Notes under the pieces: generated by a model
Seen by the model: only the letters and a program-made list of their open reading frames with translations
The model's database searches: none
What the model was told of the DNA's origin: nothing
Program-made: the position numbers and the translations under genes
Source: Verrucomicrobiaceae bacterium
GTDB lineage: Bacteria > Verrucomicrobiota > Verrucomicrobiia > Verrucomicrobiales > Akkermansiaceae
NCBI GenBank assembly: GCA_051252135.1
Contig: JBPOGH010000007.1
Location: 1 to 64,000, forward strand
Direction of reading: 5' to 3'
Length of the DNA stretch: 64,000 nt
In this document: positions 57,851 through 64,000 of the stretch, in pieces
Layout: each line of letters starts with the position of its first letter
Numbering within the stretch: the stretch's first letter is position 1

Positions 57851-60800
57851 TTAATCAGAGCTTCCCAAGGTAGCGCGGAGGCGGATGTATTGATCCGGGT
57901 GGGTGTTGGGGAGGAGGTAGCGTGCGGTGTGGGTGGGGTCGCCGAAGGTGACGGAGTAGGCGCCACTTGAGAAGGGGGTCCAGGTTTCGAGGTCGGGGGA
58001 GGTCTCGTAGGTGACGGTGATGCCTTCGAGATTTTTGGCGTAGGGGAACTCGATGCCGAACTGGCCGGTCGGTGTGACGGCGATGGGGAATGCGCTGGAG
58101 TTGGGGTTGTTAGGATCGGTTCCGAAGAGGAATTCGAGAAGGTTGGGAGTTTGGTCCCGGTCGGGATCGGCGAGGGCTCCGATGACGGACGGGTTGGATT
58201 GACCGGGGAAGTTTTGGGTTTGCCAGCCGGAGAAGGAAAGTCCCGGGGGTGGGGTGCCGAGGGTGAGGGTGTCGGATTGGATGGGGAAGGTGGCGAGCGG
58301 GGCGGCGGAGAGAGGTGGCAGGATGAAGTGTCCGGTGACCGAGTTGGCTTCCGTTATTTCAAGGGTGGCGGTGCGTCCGGTGGCTCCGGAGCCGTGGTAG
58401 GCGACGATGAGTTGGCGGGTTTGGTCCTCGGGAATGACGAGGTTTTCCGGTTTGAAGGTGAGTTGTCCGTCGTTGGTGGTGAAGACCTCGTCCTCCGAGA
58501 TTTTTTCATCGCGGTCGGTGATTTCTCCGTCGGCGTCGTGATCGAGATAGAGGGCTACGGAGTCGATCTCGGTTGCTTCGTTGAGGGTGCCTCCGGCCTG
58601 GACGGTGAGGTCGGTGATGCGGGTGCTGGCACCGGTGGAAGTGGCGGCGAAGGAGAGGACGGGAAGGATGTTGTTAGAAAAGGAAACGGTGCGGTTGGTG
58701 GGGCTTCCGGGGCGGTTCAAGGTGAGGGCGAGATCGTTCGCAGGGTCGATGGTCTGGAACTCAGTGGTTTCCCCGAAGACGGCGGTTTCCGGAGTGGTGG
58801 CGGTGACGGTGAGTTGGGTGAAGGGATTGGGGCGGAAGTAGGCGAGGAAGCCGCCTCCGGTTTGGACGGTGGTCTGGCCGAGGTAGACCTCGCCCTCGGT
58901 ATCGGAATCGCCGAAGAACTGGAGGGTGCTGCCGACGGGGATTTCGGAGAGGTTGTTGACGGTGCCGGTGGCGGTTCCCCGGGTGTAGGAGCCGGAGATG
59001 TCCAGGGATTTGCTACTGTTGCCTCCGCCGGTGAGGGCGATGCCGCGGTTGTTGTTGGTGTGGATGCTGTTGAAGAGGATGGCGTTGTTTTCGGTTCCCG
59101 AGCCGGAGACCTGGACGCCATCGATGCCGTTGTAGGCGATGACATTTCCGGCGATGGTGCCGGGGCTGAGGCGACGGCGGAATGCGGTGGCGCCTATGGT
59201 TGAATCGATGGCACCGCCGATGGTGTTGCTGAGGGCGGCGTCCTTGATGAGGATTCCGTTTTCGCTGTTGCCGAGGTTTTGATTGTTTCGGCTGGCTCCG
59301 ATGCGGTTGCCCTGGATGAAGTTATCCTGGCAGGTGTGGCCCGCGAGCATGATGCCGCTGAGTGAGTTGGCGGTGATTTCATTTCCCTCCGGAATACTGG
59401 ATCCGCCGATGAGGTTGGATCGGGAGTTGGAGATGATGATGCCGTGGCCGGAGATGTCATCGATGATGTTTCCGGAGACGGTATTGTTTTGTCCGCCGAC
59501 GATGGCGAGTCCGGCGGAGTTGGGATTTTGAGCGGGAGCGGCGGTGGACCATGCACTGCCGAGGAGGTTGCCGGTGGTGGGGCCGCCGATGAGATTGTTG
59601 CTGGCGTCGAGGAGGAGGATGGCGAGAGAGTGTCCGGTGGAGCTGCCCCACTGGGTGGCGCCGAAGATGTTGAACTCGGAATCGCGGAGCCAATTGCCGG
59701 AGGAGGAGTCGATTTTTGCCCCCTGGATGTAATTGATGTGGAGGCTTTCTCCGAAGACGTTTCCTTGCGAGTTGTCCGAGATGAGGAGTCCGACGGGGAC
59801 GTCGGTGGTGAAGAGGTCGGTATCCTCCGCAGTGCCGTTGATCGTTGTGGAGTTGTTGTAGAAGCGATTGCGGTTGAGTTCGGGGCGGTCGATCTGGTTG
59901 TTGTCGATGTGGATGCAGGCGGTGCCCTCCTGATCGGTGGAAAATCTATTCGAGAGGGCGGAATCGCGAGAGCCAATGACGTTGGCCTGGGCTCCTCCGG
60001 TGATGCGGAGTCCGGAGAGTGATCCACTGGCGCTGGTGCAGATGATTTCGTTAGGTGATGAAAGGTCGCCGTTTGCGAGGACGATGCCGCTGGCGTTATC
60101 GAGGGTGATGGCTGCTTCGAGGGCGTTGGTGGAGACGAGGGTGACGTTTGAAATGGTGCCGAAGAATGAGGGGGGGCGTTCGGTCAGGGGGCCGGCGGTT
60201 CCCAGCTTGTTTCCGCTGGTGAGATTTTGGAGGGTGATGCCGTTTGTGTTCTGGCGTTCATCGGGAGCGGAGGAGGAGACTCCACGATGGGCAATGATGC
60301 CGATGTTGAGTCCGGTGAGGACGTTGTTGATGGAGGCGGGGCCATCGATGAGGACCGCGGATTCGGGGCAGGCGTTGATGTAGGTGGGTTCGCGGTAGTG
60401 ATTGCTCCCGATTTTGTTGCTGTGGGCTCCAGTGAGGATGGCGATGCCATTTGCGCCGACCGCGCCTTCTCCGTCATCGGTCGGAGTGCCTCCGATATCG
60501 GTATCACGCAGTTCGTTGGCGAAGGCGTCTTCCTCGATGATGAGGCCGCCGGCGAGGTCGTTGGAGAGCCGGTTGCGGAGGTAGTAGCTGACATTTCCAC
60601 CGCCGAAGGTTCCGATGAAGATTTCGATTTTAGCGGCGATGATGTTGCGGCTGGCTTGATCGCGGATGCGGATGCTGGCTCCCATATTTGGGGAGGCGAC
60701 GGGATCGACGTTTTCGATGAAATCAGAGACGCCGGTGCGGACGGAGAGGAGTTGGTTGTCCTGGCAAGAAGCCCCTTCGAGGCGGAAGGCATCGCCGGTG

Positions 60801-63800
60801 CATCCGGAAATGTTGAGGGCGGTGAGGGTGTTGCGCGGGGCGTCGGAGAGGAGGATGCCGTGGGCGGGGTTGACGACGGGTTGGGTGCCGCAGTCGGCGA
60901 TGAGGGAGTAGAGGATTTGTTCACCCAGTTGGCCCGAGGCGCTTGGGGAGCGGAGGTAGATGCGTCCGACGGTGTTTCCCCAGGTGTCCGGTCCGCTGAG
61001 GAAGATGCCGCCGCGATCGCAGTTGGAGGCGAACTTGAGTCCGAGGATGTTTTGGGAGGCTCCGTTTTCGAAGAGTGCGCCATACTGGGTGCAATCGCGG
61101 ATGGCGGTTTCGATTCGGTAGGCGGTGGGTTTTTCGAAGGCGGTGCTGTAGAAGCTGTTGTGCTTTACACCGGTGCCGTTGAGGACGAGCCCGGTGCCGG
61201 TGACGTCATCGATTTCAACCGTGGAGATGAAGCGATTGCTGGAGGCATTATCGGTGAGGACGAGGCCATCATTTCCCGCGGTGCTGACGGTGAAACCGGT
61301 GAAGGAATTCCATGTGACATTGTCCTCGATGAGAGCGCCGGTGCCGCCTGCGGTATCGATGGAGGTGTTGGTGAACGAGTTGTTATTACAGAAACCGCTG
61401 AGGGTGAAGCCGTCGCCGCCGCTTTGGTTGATGTGGGTGTCGACGAAGGTGTTGTGATGGCACTCGTTGTTGATGAAGAGGCCTTTGTCGCCGCTGCCGT
61501 CGATGGTGAAAAAGGAGAGGGTGTTTCCGCTGCTGCCGTTGACGAGGCGGAGGCCATCGCCGGAGAAGTTTTTGAGGGTGACCGAGCTGATCTCGGTATC
61601 GGTGGCGCCATCGAGGAGGAGTCCATGGGTTCCGGCGGGGAGATTTTGGCCATCGAGGACGACATCGCGGAAGCGGATTTTATCGCCGCTGGTGATGGGA
61701 GGAAGGGGAGCGGTCATGAGGACGTTGCCTCCGCCAAAGGGGAGAGAGATGACATCACGACGATTGGCTCCGGCTTTGTCGGGAGGGGAGACTTTGAATG
61801 ACTCATTCTGGGTGAGGGCGCGGCCGAGTGAGCCGTTGGCGAGGAGGAGAGCTTCGAGGATTGAGATCTCATCATCGGCTGCGTTGCTGGTGTTGAGCAG
61901 AGTGACGGTGATGCTTGCTCCGCTTTGCAGGGTGTCATCGACGATATGAATGGGGCGGGTGACGCGGAAGGTGAAGGGGGCGGAAACGACGGAGCCGTAG
62001 GTGACAGTGAGGGTGTGGTCGGGAACGGTGGAGAGTCCGGGGAGGATGATGAGAAGGTGGGTGTCATCGATCACCGAGGAGCCGACGATGGTGCCATTGA
62101 CGCGGACCTCGGGGCGTTGGCCGATGAAGTTTTCGCCAATGAGGGTGATGGTGCCGCCGACATCCTGGGGGGCGGGATCGAGGGCGGTGATGACGGGGGG
62201 CGGGATGAGGGTGAAGATTCCTTGTTCGCCGAGCGAGAAGGAGTCGGATTTGATGTCGGTGGATTTTTCGATACAGAGGTGGGCTTTGAGAGTGGTGAAT
62301 CGGGCGGAAAATCCCTGCGGGACTTCGATGACGAGTCGGTTGTCCGTGTTTTCAGAAACGACGGCGGCGAGGGGAGAGCCGATCTGGCTGGGTTCCTGGC
62401 CGCGTGGGATGGACTCGGGGAATTGGCAGAAGGATACGGTGGGGGCTTCGGTGCCGAAGCCCGAACCGGTGATGGTGATCTTGTCGCCAGCCCGTGCGGT
62501 GAGGGGAGAGATTCCGGTGATGCGGGGGGCGAAGGGGTCGCCGACGACGAGGATGGAGCGTTCCATGGCGAGGGTGCCGGGGGAGAAGAGAGTGCCGGCG
62601 CGCTCAAGGGCCTGGAGGCCGCTGCTGATTTTTCCGAGGACGTCGATTTGCTTGAAGGCGAAGGAGGCTCCGTGGAAGGCGTGGATGCTGAGCTTGGCTG
62701 CTTGATCGGGGAGTTTTTTGGCCTGATTGACGGCGAATTGTTTGGTCAGGTCGCTGGCGAGGGATTTGGCGAGTTCATAAAAGGCGGCTTTGCTGAAGGC
62801 CTGGTCGCCATTGCGGTAAGCGGTGAGTGTTTTGGCGAGGGTGAAGATGGCGGTCTTGATGTAGCCATCGGCGGCTTCGCCAATGTCCTTGACGCTGAGG
62901 AGGACACCGACGGCATCGGTGGCGGCGAGGAGGGCGTTGCTGGCGGCGGAGAGTTCCCATTGGTATCCGGGGTCGGATTTTTCAAGGGAGGCGGCTTGGT
63001 TGTTCGCGTTGACGTTGATCCAATCGGTGCCATACCAGATGTTTCCACTGGTGGCGGTGAGGAGGTAGATTTTGGGGTCGTTGCGGGGGACGGTGAAGCG
63101 GTGGGAAGGGTTTTCGGTGGTGCCATCGCCGATGAGTCCGGCGACGCCATTGCTGATGGCGGAAATGGAGTTGCCGAAGTAGTCGAGCTTGGCGGAGTCG
63201 AGGGTGGCACGGACCCACCCGTATTGGAGAGGCGGGCCGATGGGGGTGGGGGCGGTATCGGGATCATTGAGGGCGAGATCGCGGATGTCATTGATGCCGC
63301 CGGGGAAGTCCCAGGGGGAGAGTTCGTTGAGGCTGATGGTCCAATCGAGCCGGGTGTCACGGGAGGAAGGGTAGTCGAGGAAGAGGTTGCGAGCATTGGA
63401 GGGATCGACTTTTACGGAGGAGTTGAGGCTCTTGGAGTGTTGGAGGATGGGATTGGACTCGGAATTGGGATCGGGGTTGAGCTCGCGGAGTTTGACGCCG
63501 TAGGTGAGGACGTCATCGCCGGGATAGGGCTTGAAGAGGCCCTGAGGACCGAGCGGGGCTTGTTGGGTGGCGGAGACGAGGGCGACGAGTTGGGTATCGA
63601 CGCGGGCGTCATTGAGGTAGCCGCTGGCGCCGTTGGAGGTGATGAGATCGGTCAGGGTGCTGAATTCAGGTCGGGTCGAAATGAAGTCGGATTGGAGTGA
63701 GGTTTGGGAATCGCTGTGAGAGCCGAGGGCCGGATTGGTGAGAACGAGGGCGCGGGCGGTGGAGGCGGCATCGACGGTGATGTTGTTATCGACGCTGAGA

Positions 63801-64000
63801 ATGCGTGCGAGATAGGCGGGATCGGACTCCGAGCGGGCGACGATGATGGTGGCGGGGGAGTCTTTTTCGAAGAGGGCGGTAAAAGAGCCATTGGCGGCGA
63901 CATCGTTGAAGGACTCGGAGGTGCCGGCGAAGTATCCGCTTCGAGAGATGCCGGGAGGTGGGGTGAAGGTGCCTGAGACTTGGCGAAGAATGATGAGGGG
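57851..64000 (-). CDS. Giant secreted protein (>2049 aa, 5' end outside window): IPT/TIG domains, right-handed beta-helix repeats, verrucomicrobial C-terminal domain
   Basis: Frame has no stop from 64000 to 57851; PRITGISP..GDKITITGSGFG, N.I.GN.I repeats, WQ...DPDRDQTPNLLEFLFGTDP. Confidence 0.85.
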   Translation of the reverse strand, partial: PLIILRQVSGTFTPPPGISRSGYFAGTSESFNDVAANGSFTALFEKDSPATIIVARSESDPAYLARILSVDNNITVDAASTARALVLTNPALGSHSDSQTSLQSDFISTRPEFSTLTDLITSNGASGYLNDARVDTQLVALVSATQQAPLGPQGLFKPYPGDDVLTYGVKLRELNPDPNSESNPILQHSKSLNSSVKVDPSNARNLFLDYPSSRDTRLDWTISLNELSPWDFPGGINDIRDLALNDPDTAPTPIGPPLQYGWVRATLDSAKLDYFGNSISAISNGVAGLIGDGTTENPSHRFTVPRNDPKIYLLTATSGNIWYGTDWINVNANNQAASLEKSDPGYQWELSAASNALLAATDAVGVLLSVKDIGEAADGYIKTAIFTLAKTLTAYRNGDQAFSKAAFYELAKSLASDLTKQFAVNQAKKLPDQAAKLSIHAFHGASFAFKQIDVLGKISSGLQALERAGTLFSPGTLAMERSILVVGDPFAPRITGISPLTARAGDKITITGSGFGTEAPTVSFCQFPESIPRGQEPSQIGSPLAAVVSENTDNRLVIEVPQGFSARFTTLKAHLCIEKSTDIKSDSFSLGEQGIFTLIPPPVITALDPAPQDVGGTITLIGENFIGQRPEVRVNGTIVGSSVIDDTHLLIILPGLSTVPDHTLTVTYGSVVSAPFTFRVTRPIHIVDDTLQSGASITVTLLNTSNAADDEISILEALLLANGSLGRALTQNESFKVSPPDKAGANRRDVISLPFGGGNVLMTAPLPPITSGDKIRFRDVVLDGQNLPAGTHGLLLDGATDTEISSVTLKNFSGDGLRLVNGSSGNTLSFFTIDGSGDKGLFINNECHHNTFVDTHINQSGGDGFTLSGFCNNNSFTNTSIDTAGGTGALIEDNVTWNSFTGFTVSTAGNDGLVLTDNASSNRFISTVEIDDVTGTGLVLNGTGVKHNSFYSTAFEKPTAYRIETAIRDCTQYGALFENGASQNILGLKFASNCDRGGIFLSGPDTWGNTVGRIYLRSPSASGQLGEQILYSLIADCGTQPVVNPAHGILLSDAPRNTLTALNISGCTGDAFRLEGASCQDNQLLSVRTGVSDFIENVDPVASPNMGASIRIRDQASRNIIAAKIEIFIGTFGGGNVSYYLRNRLSNDLAGGLIIEEDAFANELRDTDIGGTPTDDGEGAVGANGIAILTGAHSNKIGSNHYREPTYINACPESAVLIDGPASINNVLTGLNIGIIAHRGVSSSAPDERQNTNGITLQNLTSGNKLGTAGPLTERPPSFFGTISNVTLVSTNALEAAITLDNASGIVLANGDLSSPNEIICTSASGSLSGLRITGGAQANVIGSRDSALSNRFSTDQEGTACIHIDNNQIDRPELNRNRFYNNSTTINGTAEDTDLFTTDVPVGLLISDNSQGNVFGESLHINYIQGAKIDSSSGNWLRDSEFNIFGATQWGSSTGHSLAILLLDASNNLIGGPTTGNLLGSAWSTAAPAQNPNSAGLAIVGGQNNTVSGNIIDDISGHGIIISNSRSNLIGGSSIPEGNEITANSLSGIMLAGHTCQDNFIQGNRIGASRNNQNLGNSENGILIKDAALSNTIGGAIDSTIGATAFRRRLSPGTIAGNVIAYNGIDGVQVSGSGTENNAILFNSIHTNNNRGIALTGGGNSSKSLDISGSYTRGTATGTVNNLSEIPVGSTLQFFGDSDTEGEVYLGQTTVQTGGGFLAYFRPNPFTQLTVTATTPETAVFGETTEFQTIDPANDLALTLNRPGSPTNRTVSFSNNILPVLSFAATSTGASTRITDLTVQAGGTLNEATEIDSVALYLDHDADGEITDRDEKISEDEVFTTNDGQLTFKPENLVIPEDQTRQLIVAYHGSGATGRTATLEITEANSVTGHFILPPLSAAPLATFPIQSDTLTLGTPPPGLSFSGWQTQNFPGQSNPSVIGALADPDRDQTPNLLEFLFGTDPNNPNSSAFPIAVTPTGQFGIEFPYAKNLEGITVTYETSPDLETWTPFSSGAYSVTFGDPTHTARYLLPNTHPDQYIRLRATLGSSD

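Overview
64 kb of bacterial chromosome, most likely Verrucomicrobiota. This is inferred from PVC-typical families: PSD1/DUF1549-DUF1553 cytochrome plus DUF1501, a PVC-type heme-binding protein, a PEP-CTERM protein and a sulfatase. It holds about 47 CDS, mostly housekeeping (recR, rnr, hisI, lnt, typA, DAHP synthase, purB, dnaB, folC, bioA, comF), one initiator tRNA-Met and several terminators. I saw no CRISPR array, rRNA, prophage or transposase. The + strand is strongly G-rich throughout, which creates many spurious antisense ORFs. Main discoveries: (1) an exported MsrA that the ORF track truncates because an in-frame UGA sits exactly at the catalytic Cys (G-UGA-FWG), followed by a SECIS-like hairpin; (2) a second candidate UGA readthrough in a DUF6428 protein, giving C-U-GPLGGGC with a downstream hairpin; (3) a YqiJ/NfeD-flotillin-1660 aa ATPase operon; (4) DnaA-box-like motifs clustered inside the 3' end of folC, upstream of dnaB; (5) an atypical ClpX paralog; (6) a >2049 aa secreted beta-helix protein running off the window end. 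All family assignments come from motif recognition by eye, not database searches.
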